A stretch of DNA of 64,000 nucleotides, from positions 2,336,001 through 2,400,000 of the forward strand of contig JAXHMG010000003.1 in assembly GCA_034521595.1 (NCBI GenBank), read 5' to 3'. Within the stretch, counting starts at the first letter, position 1. Every line of letters starts with the position of its first letter. Under the pieces are notes generated by a model. The model saw nothing but the letters and a program-made list of their open reading frames with translations. It searched no databases and was not told the DNA's origin. The stretch is from Gemmatimonadota bacterium (GTDB lineage: Bacteria > Gemmatimonadota > Gemmatimonadetes > Longimicrobiales > Gaopeijiaceae). Below are positions 29,371-38,896 of the stretch, piece after piece. Made by a program: the position numbers and the translations under genes.

Positions 29371-31920
29371 TCACTGCCGCGAAAGCCCCGGACGGGGTCC
29401 GCTTCGAATGGCGGTCCCCGCCCGGGCTGCTAGCTCCGGCAGCGTGAGGTCGACCGCGTCGCGCGCATCGGCGATATTCTCCACCGCCGCTTTAATCCGG
29501 GTACCGGAGCTCACTTCGTACTCGAGACCGGCACCGAAAACGACGTACCCATCGGTCCCCTGGCCGGCCGGGATGTCTCCCTGACCGGCGACCGTCCTCA
29601 TCGCCGAAGTACCGGAGGCCGTAATCCGGCCCGTCCACGCCCCGCCTTCGATGCCCCCGGAGGCGAAGAACTGGTGGGTCGGGAGGTACGGAAGGTGATC
29701 GCCCTCCTCTACTTCGCCCCAGGGCCCGAAATCGCTTTCGAACCCGGCCTCGAAGGTCGCACGCGTGAGGGTATAGGTGGCGCGTAGCGGAAGGCGCCAC
29801 GCCTTCTCCGGATCCAGCTCCAGCTGCGTGCCCAGCGCGACCTCGACGCCCATGGTGTTCACGGCCCCGCCGTTGAAGACCTCGTTGTCGCCCTCCCCGC
29901 CCACGGAGAGCGTGGCGGTACCGAGGATGTTGTCGTAGTCGCTGAAAAAGCCCGTGACCTCGACGGAGTTGGTCGGACCGAGCGACCGAAGACCCAACTC
30001 GTAGTTCACGCTCGACTCGGGTTCGGTCTCCTCATCGGCCCCCGGCCCCGCAGGCCCGAACCCTTTGTGAACGCCTCCGTAGAGTTGGAACCGGGACTCT
30101 ACATCGTAGAGCACGCCGACGCCCGGTATCCACGCCGATATCGAGTTGCCACGCTCCCCCGTCGGACTCGTGCGCGCCTCATCGCCGGCCGCGAACGCGA
30201 CACGCTCGAGATCGATCGACTCGTAGCGCACGCCCGGAGCCACGGTCAGGTCGCCGACCTCGATGCGGTCCATGAGATGGAACGCCCACGCGGTCGCCGA
30301 GCTGATCCGGTTCGCCTGAGAGCCCGGAGCGCCAGCGGTCTCGAGCGTCATCCGGCCGTTGTCGATCGAGTACAGATCCTCGTGCTGGAAGCGGTCCTCA
30401 TCGTCTTCATGGTACCTTACCCCGAGCTCGAGATCGTGGGCCACCTCCCCGCCGAACGTCGCGCCCAGAAGCGTTTGAGCCCCCTGCGAGCGGTACTCAC
30501 GGTTGTTCGCGCGCACGTTCAGAGCGCCGACGCCGTCCTGGGAACCTCGGAGGAGCGCCATCTCCGTCGTGAACGCCTCGGGGTTCGAAAGCACGCCCGA
30601 GATCGACGTGCCGTTCACGGAGCCCAGCTTGTACCAGTTCCGTGCGAAGTCGTTGCGATACAGCGTCGTCGTGAGATCGATTCCGGTCGGGAAGCGGGCG
30701 AAGTGCCGGAGCTGCACTTGCTGATGATCCGCGTTCATCACGTCCTGCTGCGACCCGGCGTACCGGCGGAGGGGCGAAGCGGCGAAATCCGCCTCGGTCA
30801 ACCCCAGATACGTCTCGTCGGAACGCTCGTCGTAATACCCGAGCTTGAGCTCGAGCTCCTGATAGGTGGACGCGTCCAGAGAGGAGTTCACCCGCACCTT
30901 CCCGACATAGTCCTGTATGTCGAACCCGGTGTCTCCCCCGGAGTCGAGACGCTTGAAACCGTCCGACCGCGACTGATAGGTCTCGAACATCCAACCGACG
31001 TGCTCGTGTGCGTTCCCCACACGCGCTCGAAGCTGACGGGTGTCGTTCGTCCCACCGGAGCCGTCGACCATGACCGAAAACCGGTTGGGGATCGGCGTCG
31101 ACACGAGGTTCAGCGCCCCGCCGATCGTCGACGGACCGTAACGGATCTGACTCGAACCCTTCCGTACCTCGATCGCGTTCATGCGTCCGGCGACCGGAAA
31201 GTAGTAGGCTGCGGGCGCGGCGTAGGGCGCCGGTGCGATCAGCACGCCGTCCTCCATCAGCGTGATCTTCGAGCTTCGCTCCACCCCCGTCCCGCGGAAG
31301 CCGATGTTCGGGCGCAGCCCGTAGCCATCTTCTTCTTGAATGTTGACGCCCGGGACCTCACGGAGGAGAGCGTGCACGTCATCGTAGACCACGGGCCGCT
31401 CCTCGATGGACTTCGGTCCCACCACGTGGACCGACCCCGGTACACGACTCCGGTCGATCCCCTCGGAAAGCCGGGTCCGACTCATGAGCACGAGCAGCGG
31501 ATCGACCGACACCGGTGCGGCGTCGAGCGATACGTCCGGACGGCTTACGGCGTTCCTGCGCACGTCGACCGTGCGCTCCAGGACGGAATGGCCGATGAGG
31601 TGGAAGCGCAGTGTGTACGTGCCGACCTCGACCCGGTTGAAGAGAAACCGTCCCTGCTCGTCCGAGAGAACCGTGCGTCCGGCATCCACCAACTCGACGG
31701 ACACACCGCTGAGCGGCGCTCCATCCTCCTCGGCCCGAACCGTGCCACTCACCACTCCGTGACCGGCGTCCTGGGCCGCGGCATCGCCGACCGCGAGCCC
31801 CACCGCCAAGAAGACGGCGAGCAGCGTGTTGAGGGCTCCGATGCTCGTCCGTGACGACGCGCATGCGCCTAAGCTCGCCGCGAGTGCCCTGACGCTTCCG
31901 AACAAGTGCCACCCTTTCAT
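29371..31920 (-). CDS. FecA-like TonB-dependent iron receptor; C-terminus appears degenerate
   Basis: EEDGYGLRPNIGFRG, MEDGVLIAPAPYAAPAAYYFP, IEVRKGSSQIRYGP; ends ...RPGLSRQ with no terminal aromatic beta-signal. Confidence 0.88.
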   Translation of the reverse strand: MKGWHLFGSVRALAASLGACASSRTSIGALNTLLAVFLAVGLAVGDAAAQDAGHGVVSGTVRAEEDGAPLSGVSVELVDAGRTVLSDEQGRFLFNRVEVGTYTLRFHLIGHSVLERTVDVRRNAVSRPDVSLDAAPVSVDPLLVLMSRTRLSEGIDRSRVPGSVHVVGPKSIEERPVVYDDVHALLREVPGVNIQEEDGYGLRPNIGFRGTGVERSSKITLMEDGVLIAPAPYAAPAAYYFPVAGRMNAIEVRKGSSQIRYGPSTIGGALNLVSTPIPNRFSVMVDGSGGTNDTRQLRARVGNAHEHVGWMFETYQSRSDGFKRLDSGGDTGFDIQDYVGKVRVNSSLDASTYQELELKLGYYDERSDETYLGLTEADFAASPLRRYAGSQQDVMNADHQQVQLRHFARFPTGIDLTTTLYRNDFARNWYKLGSVNGTSISGVLSNPEAFTTEMALLRGSQDGVGALNVRANNREYRSQGAQTLLGATFGGEVAHDLELGVRYHEDDEDRFQHEDLYSIDNGRMTLETAGAPGSQANRISSATAWAFHLMDRIEVGDLTVAPGVRYESIDLERVAFAAGDEARTSPTGERGNSISAWIPGVGVLYDVESRFQLYGGVHKGFGPAGPGADEETEPESSVNYELGLRSLGPTNSVEVTGFFSDYDNILGTATLSVGGEGDNEVFNGGAVNTMGVEVALGTQLELDPEKAWRLPLRATYTLTRATFEAGFESDFGPWGEVEEGDHLPYLPTHQFFASGGIEGGAWTGRITASGTSAMRTVAGQGDIPAGQGTDGYVVFGAGLEYEVSSGTRIKAAVENIADARDAVDLTLPELAARAGTAIRSGPRPGLSRQ

Positions 31921-31945
31921 GATGAGCTCCACCCTGCCGCAATAG

Positions 31946-31963
31946 TTGAGAATGACTTTCAAT
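31946..31963. promoter_or_regulatory. Fur-like box upstream of FecA-like receptor
   Basis: ttgagaatgactttcaat (TGAGA-N5-TTTCA), closely matching the reverse complement of the 22743 site. Confidence 0.75.
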
Positions 31964-32022
31964 ACCGTCCAGCAAGAAAGGGCGGTCGGACCGATATGTC
32001 AATAACCCGGCCCGGACTGAAC

Positions 32023-32064
32023 GCGAAGAGGCCCGGCCGGCGTACGCCGGCCGGGCCTCTTCGC
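32023..32064. terminator. Perfect 42-bp palindrome, probable terminator of the DUF4168-like gene
   Basis: gcgaagaggcccggccggcgtacgccggccgggcctcttcgc is its own reverse complement; lies about 25 bp past the stop at 32089. Confidence 0.65.
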
Positions 32065-32088
32065 CCTTCTTCGATGTAGCGTCGATGC

Positions 32089-32490
32089 TTACAGGTTGCC
32101 GGACCCGTCAGCCCCCGTCAGCTCCTCGTAGACCGCCTCGAACTCCGCGCGCAACTCCTCGTCGGAGTTGAGGATCTGAGTGATCGCGCTGTAGCGCTCC
32201 ACGGAGAGCCCGTGCTCGTCGAGAATCTGGGTCATCCGGTCGTTGGCTTCCTGCTGCAGCGCATTCGCCTCCTCCGCGTTCTCGGCAGCGGCGAGCTCCG
32301 GACTCATCTCGGCACGCACTTCACCGATCGCGACGTACGCCTCCGCGAAGGTCTCGAGCTCGGCCTGGTCCGGCATGTTCGGACCACCTCCGGCACCACC
32401 CTGCGGCGCCTGTGCGCTCACGTGGGCCGGAGCCAGCGCCATGAGAAGGGCGAGCGTGGTGCCGGTCAAGCTCCTGGTCAGGATCTTCAT
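32089..32490 (-). CDS. DUF4168-like secreted helical protein
   Basis: Signal peptide; ELETFAEAY...LQQEANDRMTQILDEHGLSVERYSAI; RBS GGAGA. Confidence 0.8.
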   Translation of the reverse strand: MKILTRSLTGTTLALLMALAPAHVSAQAPQGGAGGGPNMPDQAELETFAEAYVAIGEVRAEMSPELAAAENAEEANALQQEANDRMTQILDEHGLSVERYSAITQILNSDEELRAEFEAVYEELTGADGSGNL

Positions 32491-32546
32491 TTCATCGTCT
32501 CCTTGGACGTCCTGGGTCCGATTCGGATGTGCGCTCGACACTAGTG

Positions 32547-32562
32547 GCAACCTTCGTTCCAA
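32547..32562 (-). promoter_or_regulatory. Sigma54 -24/-12 promoter of the DUF4168-like gene
   Basis: Minus strand TTGGAACGAAGGTTGC (GG-N10-GC, near consensus TGGCACG-N4-TTGC); a sigma54 activator gene is adjacent. Confidence 0.8.
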
Positions 32563-32731
32563 CCTCGGGCCAACGTGGCCTGGATCCTGCTGAAGTCATT
32601 GCGGCACAGGGGACTTGAGCGACGGATGCTGCGGCTTCGGGCACTCCTGGCACGTCCCCCGAGGCCCGCAAGACTGTATCGATGTGACACATGCGCCATT
32701 ATACTAGGAGAGACATGAGCCCGGAGGACCG

Positions 32732-34339
32732 ATGACCGACACCAGAGGAGCGACGCAAGACGAATCCGGCGACGCATCGGACCTGGACCTGGGAGAAGCC
32801 GTCGAACCACCGGGATCCACCGGGCAGGTCTTCAGCCTCCGTACGGCCCTGGTGCTCCGCGTCTTGGTGCCGCTTTTCCTCGTGCTGGGCGGCGCGGTCT
32901 TCTGGTTGCTCCACACCGTCGAAGACGAGGCGGAACAGCGACTCAAGGACGAGGTCGAGCTCGTCAGCCGAGCGCTCAGGCTCCCGCTCGTGCATGCGAT
33001 GGAGCGTGACCGGCCGGGCACGGTGTCCGAGGCGCTCCGTTCCGCGCTCCGCATCGGACGAGTGTACGGCGCGTACGTATACGGCCCCGACGGCGAGATC
33101 CTGGCGTCGTTCGGTGGCGCCCAACCCGAAGGCCCCCCAGACCGTATTGACGAGCTCGTGGAAGTCGGCGACCGCACGGGGGAGTTCGGGTCCTTGGCGG
33201 GGCGCCGGGTCTATTCGTCCTTCGTCCCGCTCACGGACGAGTGGGGCCGGGGTCTGGGCCTGCTCCAGGTCACGAGACGACAGAGCGATTTCGACGAGTA
33301 CATCGCGGGCCTCCGCTTCCGAGCGCTCGGGTTGCTCCTGCTCGGGATGGCCGTCGTGACCGTGCTGGTCCTCCACGGCCACCACGCCGCCGTAGGTGGA
33401 CCGCTGGCTCGCCTCAACTCGAGCATGTCCCGCGTGGGCTCCGGCGACACGGAGCACCGGGCCGAGCCCACGGGACCGGAGGAGCTCGCCACCCTCACGA
33501 GCACGTTCAACGAGATGTTGGACCGACTTCAGGAGGCCGCCACCGAGCTGAACGAGCGCCGTCGTCAGCAACAGGCGCTGCAGAGCGAGCTGGCGGCTGC
33601 CGAGAAGCTCGCCGCCATCGGTGAGCTCGCCTCCGGCGTGGCGCACGAGCTGGGGTCCCCCCTCAGCGTCGTGGACGGACAGGCGCAACGGCTCCTCCGC
33701 CAGCCGAGCTCGGGCGCCGACGCTCGGACCGAGCTCGAAACCATACGGGCCCAGGTGCGCCGCATGGAGTCGATCATCCGGCAGCTCATGGACTTTGGAC
33801 GCACCGAGACGGGGCGCCGCCGCGTCACCTCCTTCGAGCAGGTCGTACGCGGAGCCATCGGGGCCGCCGCCGAAGTGGCCACCCGCACCGGCACGACCAT
33901 CGAGGCGGGTCACATGGGGCCGGGCGTGTCACTCCGACTCGAAGCTCGCCGGGTGGAGGAAGCGATCACCAACCTGCTCCGAAACGCCTGTCAGGCCACG
34001 CCCGGCGGGACCGTCCGGATCGGATACGAGCGGATGCCGACCCACGTGCGCCTCACGATCGAGGACGACGGACCGGGCATCCCCGAGGAGATCCGCACTC
34101 GGATCTTCGAGCCGTTCTTCACGACGAAGCCGTCCGGCGAAGGGTCGGGCCTCGGACTCGCCGTGGCGCACGGCATCGTCGAAGAGCACGAGGGGCGGAT
34201 CGACATCGATCGGTCCCCCCTTGGTGGAGCCCGGTTCACCATCCACCTACCGGACGCCGTGAACGACGCGCACGATGCGGAGGAGACGACCGAGCGCGTG
34301 GGCGCGACGGACGGCGCGACCGGGAGAGATGGATCGTGA
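32732..34339 (+). CDS. Sensor histidine kinase (2 TM, HAMP; NtrB/ZraS-like)
   Basis: GVAHELGSPL H-box, NLLRNA, DDGPG, FEPFFTTK, GSGLGL. Confidence 0.95.
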   Translation: MTDTRGATQDESGDASDLDLGEAVEPPGSTGQVFSLRTALVLRVLVPLFLVLGGAVFWLLHTVEDEAEQRLKDEVELVSRALRLPLVHAMERDRPGTVSEALRSALRIGRVYGAYVYGPDGEILASFGGAQPEGPPDRIDELVEVGDRTGEFGSLAGRRVYSSFVPLTDEWGRGLGLLQVTRRQSDFDEYIAGLRFRALGLLLLGMAVVTVLVLHGHHAAVGGPLARLNSSMSRVGSGDTEHRAEPTGPEELATLTSTFNEMLDRLQEAATELNERRRQQQALQSELAAAEKLAAIGELASGVAHELGSPLSVVDGQAQRLLRQPSSGADARTELETIRAQVRRMESIIRQLMDFGRTETGRRRVTSFEQVVRGAIGAAAEVATRTGTTIEAGHMGPGVSLRLEARRVEEAITNLLRNACQATPGGTVRIGYERMPTHVRLTIEDDGPGIPEEIRTRIFEPFFTTKPSGEGSGLGLAVAHGIVEEHEGRIDIDRSPLGGARFTIHLPDAVNDAHDAEETTERVGATDGATGRDGS

Positions 34340-35739
34340 AGGGAAACGTGCCCAGGGTGCTGGTCGTGGAGGACGAAACGGCGCTTCGCGATCTCCTCCG
34401 CGACGAGTTGAAGGACGACGGGCTCGAGGTCGTCACCGTCGAATCCGCTGAAGAGGCGGTCGCCCCGCTATCCTCGGAGCGCATCGACCTGGTGGTCAGC
34501 GACCTGCGCCTTCCGGGCGCGGATGGTCTCGTCCTCCTCGAGCGGACCCGCACGATGGAACGGCCGCCCGCCTTCATCATCATCACGGCGTTCGGAACCA
34601 TCGACCAGGCCGTGAGCGCTCTACAGCGAGGCGCCGACGACTTTCTGACCAAGCCCTTGGACCTCGATCACCTCTCGGTTCGGGTCGCACGGGTGCTCGA
34701 GACGCGACGCCTCCGCCACGAGCTGCTCCGCTACCGGGAGGCCATGGGCGCGCCGGACTTCCACGGCATGGTTGGGCGCAGCAAGGCCATGATGGACCTG
34801 TTTCGCGATCTCGAGCGCATCGCGAGGGGTCACGGCCCCGTGCTCCTGCAGGGAGAGAGCGGAACCGGGAAGGAGCTCGCCGCCAGGGCCATCCACGCCG
34901 AAAGCCCCCGCGCCGGCGAGCCCTTCATGGCCGTGAATTGCGCGGGCATTCCCGAGGCGCTCCTGGAGAGCGAATTCTTCGGTCATGTGAAGGGAGCGTT
35001 CACCGGCGCGACGTCGACGCGGGCGGGACTCTTCCAGCAAGCCGACGGCGGCACGCTCCTGCTCGACGAGGTCGGGGAGATGCCGTCCGGCCTACAGGCG
35101 AAGCTCCTCCGGGTCCTCCAGGAAGGGGAAGTCAAGCCCGTCGGCAGCGACCACAACACACCGGTGGACGTGCGGATCATCGCGGCAACCCACCGCGAGC
35201 TCACGGCGGAGACGAGCGACAGCGAGCAGACCGGGCTCAGGCGGGACCTCTACTACCGCTTGGAAACCTTCCGTCTCGTCGTCCCTCCGTTGCGGGAGCG
35301 AGTGGGCGACGTGGACCTGCTCGCCGCCCGGTTCGTGCAACGGCACGCCGTCCGCCTGGACCGCACCCCTCCCGAGGTCGGGATCGAGTTCCTCGAGATC
35401 CTCCGTGCCTACGACTTCCCCGGGAACGTACGCGAGCTCGAGAATTTGGTCGAACGGGCCGTGACCTTCTGCGAAGGGGGGCGGTTGGAGCCGCGCCACC
35501 TTCCCGCCCGAGTACGAGAGCATACGTCCAGCGCCACTCCGAGTGGAAATGGAGCAGAAAGATCCGAGCTGGGCGCCGCGGGCTCGCTGGTCGCCGAAGA
35601 CGAGATCATGCCCCTCAAGGAGCTCGAACGCCGCTACGTGCAGCACGTCCTCGATCAGGTGGACGGCAACAAGCGGAGAGCCGCCGCCCTGCTCGGGATC
35701 GGTCGCCGCACGCTGTACCGGAAGCTGGACGGGGAATGA
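34336..35739 (+). CDS. Sigma54-dependent response regulator (NtrC/ZraR family)
   Basis: REC domain (SDLRLP), GESGTGKE, GAFTGA, LLDEVGE, FPGNVRELEN, Fis-type HTH. Confidence 0.96.
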   Translation: MKGNVPRVLVVEDETALRDLLRDELKDDGLEVVTVESAEEAVAPLSSERIDLVVSDLRLPGADGLVLLERTRTMERPPAFIIITAFGTIDQAVSALQRGADDFLTKPLDLDHLSVRVARVLETRRLRHELLRYREAMGAPDFHGMVGRSKAMMDLFRDLERIARGHGPVLLQGESGTGKELAARAIHAESPRAGEPFMAVNCAGIPEALLESEFFGHVKGAFTGATSTRAGLFQQADGGTLLLDEVGEMPSGLQAKLLRVLQEGEVKPVGSDHNTPVDVRIIAATHRELTAETSDSEQTGLRRDLYYRLETFRLVVPPLRERVGDVDLLAARFVQRHAVRLDRTPPEVGIEFLEILRAYDFPGNVRELENLVERAVTFCEGGRLEPRHLPARVREHTSSATPSGNGAERSELGAAGSLVAEDEIMPLKELERRYVQHVLDQVDGNKRRAAALLGIGRRTLYRKLDGE

Positions 35740-35743
35740 CCCG

Positions 35744-38700
35744 TCAGCCGCGTGCCTCCCGCGCGGTCAACGTCGCTTCTTCGACACGCCCACTTGCCCG
35801 ACCGAGCGCGACCTCGACGGTTCGCACCCGGAGCGCCGTCAGCCACAGCCCGATATCGTCGAACCAGGCGTAGAGCGTCGGCGTGAGGGCCAACGTCATG
35901 AGGGTCGACGTCGTCAGCCCCCCGATCACCGCTTGCCCGATCGGCGAGAACATCTGCCCCATTCCTTCGGTGGCCCAGAACGCCATCGGCACCAGCCCGA
36001 ACACCGTCGTGAGGCTGGTCATCAGGATGGGTCGGAGTCGGGCCGTGCATCCCTCCAGCAACGCCGAGCGCCGGTCCATGCCGCGCGCCCGGAGCTGGTT
36101 CACCAGGTCGATCATCACGATGGAGTTGTTGACCACGATGCCGACGGTGATCAAGACCCCGAGGAACGACAGGATGGAGAAGGTGGATCCGGTCAGGAAG
36201 AAGATGAGTCCCAACCCGGGCACGGCGAAGAAGATCGAGAAGTAGATGATGAGCGGCAGGAGGAGGCTCTCGAACAGCGCCGCGAGGATGAGGTAGATCA
36301 GGATGAGCGCCAATCCGCCGGCGGCCATCATGTCGCCGAACTGCTCCTGCTCCTCGGCAAAGCCCCGCCCGAGGTCCCAGCTGTACCCGGCCGGGAGGTC
36401 GAAGGCCGCCATCGCGGCCTGGACTTCCCCGATGACTTCTTCACGCACGGCGCCCGCCGACAGCTCGGCGGACACGCTCACGGAGGTCTGCCGATTCTCC
36501 CGGCGGATGTCCTGCGGCCCCCCGACGACCTGAATGTCCGCCACCGTCGCCAGCGGGACGCTGCTTCCGCCCGGTGTTCCGATCGCGAGGTTCCCCATCT
36601 GCGCGATCGAGACTCGGTTCTCTTCCCGGAGCTGCATGAGCACGTCCACTTCGTCGTCACCCGACCGGAAGCGCGTCGCGACCTCGCCTCGCAAGGCACC
36701 CGACACGGCCCGAGCGACCTGCTCCGAAGTCAAGCCTTGGCGCTCCGCGGCGCGGCGGTCCACCCGCACGCGCACCTCTTCGGTCCCCGAAGCCATCGAG
36801 TTCTCAAGGCTGGTGAGACCGTCGATCCGCGACGCCAGCGTGAGCTCCACGCTCTCGGCCAGGCGTTGGAGCTCGCTCGTGCTCTCTCCGATCAGCCGCA
36901 CCTCGACCCCGGCGCTCCGTCCGAACCCGCGCCGCTGGTTCCATTCGACCCCGGGGATGACGGGCAGTAGCTCCTGAATCTCCTCCGAGACCTGCGCCGT
37001 GGGCTTCTCACCGCCCTCCGAGAACGGCTTCAGGGTCATGAAGATCGACGCGAAGTTCTGTCTCGAGAACGACGACACGGTCTCGATCTCCAGCTCTTCC
37101 TGCCGATCGAGGAGCACCTGTTCCGCTTCCTCGAAGATGGCGCTGCGCTCCTCGAACGTGAGTCCGCGGGGCGTCGTGATCCCCATGCGAATGAACCGAT
37201 TGTCCTCCTGAGGCATGAGCTCCCGCGGAAGGTCGGCGAGAATCCAACCTCCACCCACGAAGAGCGCCGCCGCGAATCCCGCCGTCGCCCACCGGTGGTC
37301 CAACACCCGCTCCAGCAGCCCGCGGTATGCGCCGTTGAGCCGCGTCATGAGCCATCCCGGAGCCGGCATCTCGCCACGAATGAGCCGCACGGCCAACAGC
37401 GGAACCAACGTGAAGGCGACACCGAGCGACGCGAGCATCGTGAACGAGATACTCGTGCCGAACGCGCGAAACTGCGTGCCCATTTGGTTCGGCGGCAGGA
37501 AGAAGAGCGGGGCGAACACGACGATCGTGGTGAGCGTGCCCGAGAAGATGGCCAACCCGACCTCGCCGGCTCCATTCACCGCGGCATCCTCGGGACCATC
37601 GCCCATCTCTCGATGCCGGAAGATGTTCTCGACGACCACCACCGCGTTGTCGATGAGCATACCCACCGCGAGCATGAGGCCCGACAACGTGATGATGTTG
37701 AGCGAGTTCCCCATGACATTGAGGATCGCGACGGTGAAGACCAACGAGACCGGGATCGCGGCCGCTACGATGAGTGTCGGAGTGAGTCGCCGCAGAAAGA
37801 CGATGAGCATGAGCACCGCGAGCGCTCCGCCGCCCGCACCGGCTCCTGCCAAGAGCCAGAGAACCTCGAGGATCCCCTCCGACTGGTCTTGCCAGGTGCG
37901 GAACTCGAGGCCTTCGAGCGCGGGATCGTCCGCCAGGTCGGCGAACGTCTCCTTCACCGCGGTCGCCACCTCGACGATGTTCGCATCGGATTCCTTGTAG
38001 ATTTCCGCTTGGCGGGCGTTCACCCCGTTCATCCGAAAGAAGAACTCTCGCTCGGGAAAGTCGTACGTCACCGTCGCCACGTCCGCGAGACGCACGCCGT
38101 CACTGCCGATGGGGAGCCGCTCCATCTCTTCGACCGACGAGAGCTGCCCTTCCGCACGGACCTGGTACCGGGTGCCGGCGAGCTCGACCTCGCCGGCCGA
38201 GTAGTCCTGGTTCCCACGGCTGAGCGCCTGGCTGATCATCGCGATGGTCACGCCCTGAGCGCGCATCTGGTCCTGGTCGAGGTCGATCGTGACCTCGCGC
38301 GACTCCAGCCCCTGGAAGTCCACCTGCGCGACACCGGGCACCTGAAGGAGCGCCGGCCCGATCCGCTTCTCGGTGAGCTCGGACAATCGGGCGGGATCTC
38401 CACTCCACGCCAGGGCGGCCCGGAGGACCGGTTGCTCGTCCGAGGAGAACCGCCTGAGCGACACCCGCTGCACGTCGTCCGGCAGCTCACTCCGCACCTG
38501 GGAGATCCGCTCCCGAACCTCGAGCGAAGCCAGGTCCATGTCGGTACCCGGCCGGAACTCGAGCTCGACTCTTCCTTGGTTCTGTGATGCCGTGGAGCGG
38601 ATGGCGTCCAACCGCCGCACTGTCCCCAGTCCCTCCTCGAGGGGACGCACGATCCTGCGCTCCACTTCCGAAGGAGACGCATCGGGATAGGGCACGGACA

Positions 38701-38839
38701 CGGAGAGCACCGGACGCTCGAACGTCGGAAACATGTCGAGCCGGATCATGCCCATCGAGACGAAGCCGAGCACGATGACCGACACGACGAGCATTCCCGT
38801 GGTCACCGGCCTTTGAACGGCGAAACGCGGAAGCGACAT
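35744..38839 (-). CDS. RND efflux permease subunit
   Basis: RPVTT start, GMLIDNAVVVVENI, GIVVNNSIV, RLRPILMTSLTT. Confidence 0.95.
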   Translation of the reverse strand: MSLPRFAVQRPVTTGMLVVSVIVLGFVSMGMIRLDMFPTFERPVLSVSVPYPDASPSEVERRIVRPLEEGLGTVRRLDAIRSTASQNQGRVELEFRPGTDMDLASLEVRERISQVRSELPDDVQRVSLRRFSSDEQPVLRAALAWSGDPARLSELTEKRIGPALLQVPGVAQVDFQGLESREVTIDLDQDQMRAQGVTIAMISQALSRGNQDYSAGEVELAGTRYQVRAEGQLSSVEEMERLPIGSDGVRLADVATVTYDFPEREFFFRMNGVNARQAEIYKESDANIVEVATAVKETFADLADDPALEGLEFRTWQDQSEGILEVLWLLAGAGAGGGALAVLMLIVFLRRLTPTLIVAAAIPVSLVFTVAILNVMGNSLNIITLSGLMLAVGMLIDNAVVVVENIFRHREMGDGPEDAAVNGAGEVGLAIFSGTLTTIVVFAPLFFLPPNQMGTQFRAFGTSISFTMLASLGVAFTLVPLLAVRLIRGEMPAPGWLMTRLNGAYRGLLERVLDHRWATAGFAAALFVGGGWILADLPRELMPQEDNRFIRMGITTPRGLTFEERSAIFEEAEQVLLDRQEELEIETVSSFSRQNFASIFMTLKPFSEGGEKPTAQVSEEIQELLPVIPGVEWNQRRGFGRSAGVEVRLIGESTSELQRLAESVELTLASRIDGLTSLENSMASGTEEVRVRVDRRAAERQGLTSEQVARAVSGALRGEVATRFRSGDDEVDVLMQLREENRVSIAQMGNLAIGTPGGSSVPLATVADIQVVGGPQDIRRENRQTSVSVSAELSAGAVREEVIGEVQAAMAAFDLPAGYSWDLGRGFAEEQEQFGDMMAAGGLALILIYLILAALFESLLLPLIIYFSIFFAVPGLGLIFFLTGSTFSILSFLGVLITVGIVVNNSIVMIDLVNQLRARGMDRRSALLEGCTARLRPILMTSLTTVFGLVPMAFWATEGMGQMFSPIGQAVIGGLTTSTLMTLALTPTLYAWFDDIGLWLTALRVRTVEVALGRASGRVEEATLTAREARG

Positions 38840-38896
38840 GTTCACGGACTCCTTCGAGCAGTGCGAGCGTGCACGGGGGTCATGAAGCGACTCAAC

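Noticed and set aside
30067-31854. Long antisense ORFs (also 13765..15279, 21498..22943, 53812..55314, 55274..56818)
   Set aside because: Mirror frames of well-supported genes, with no recognisable motifs.
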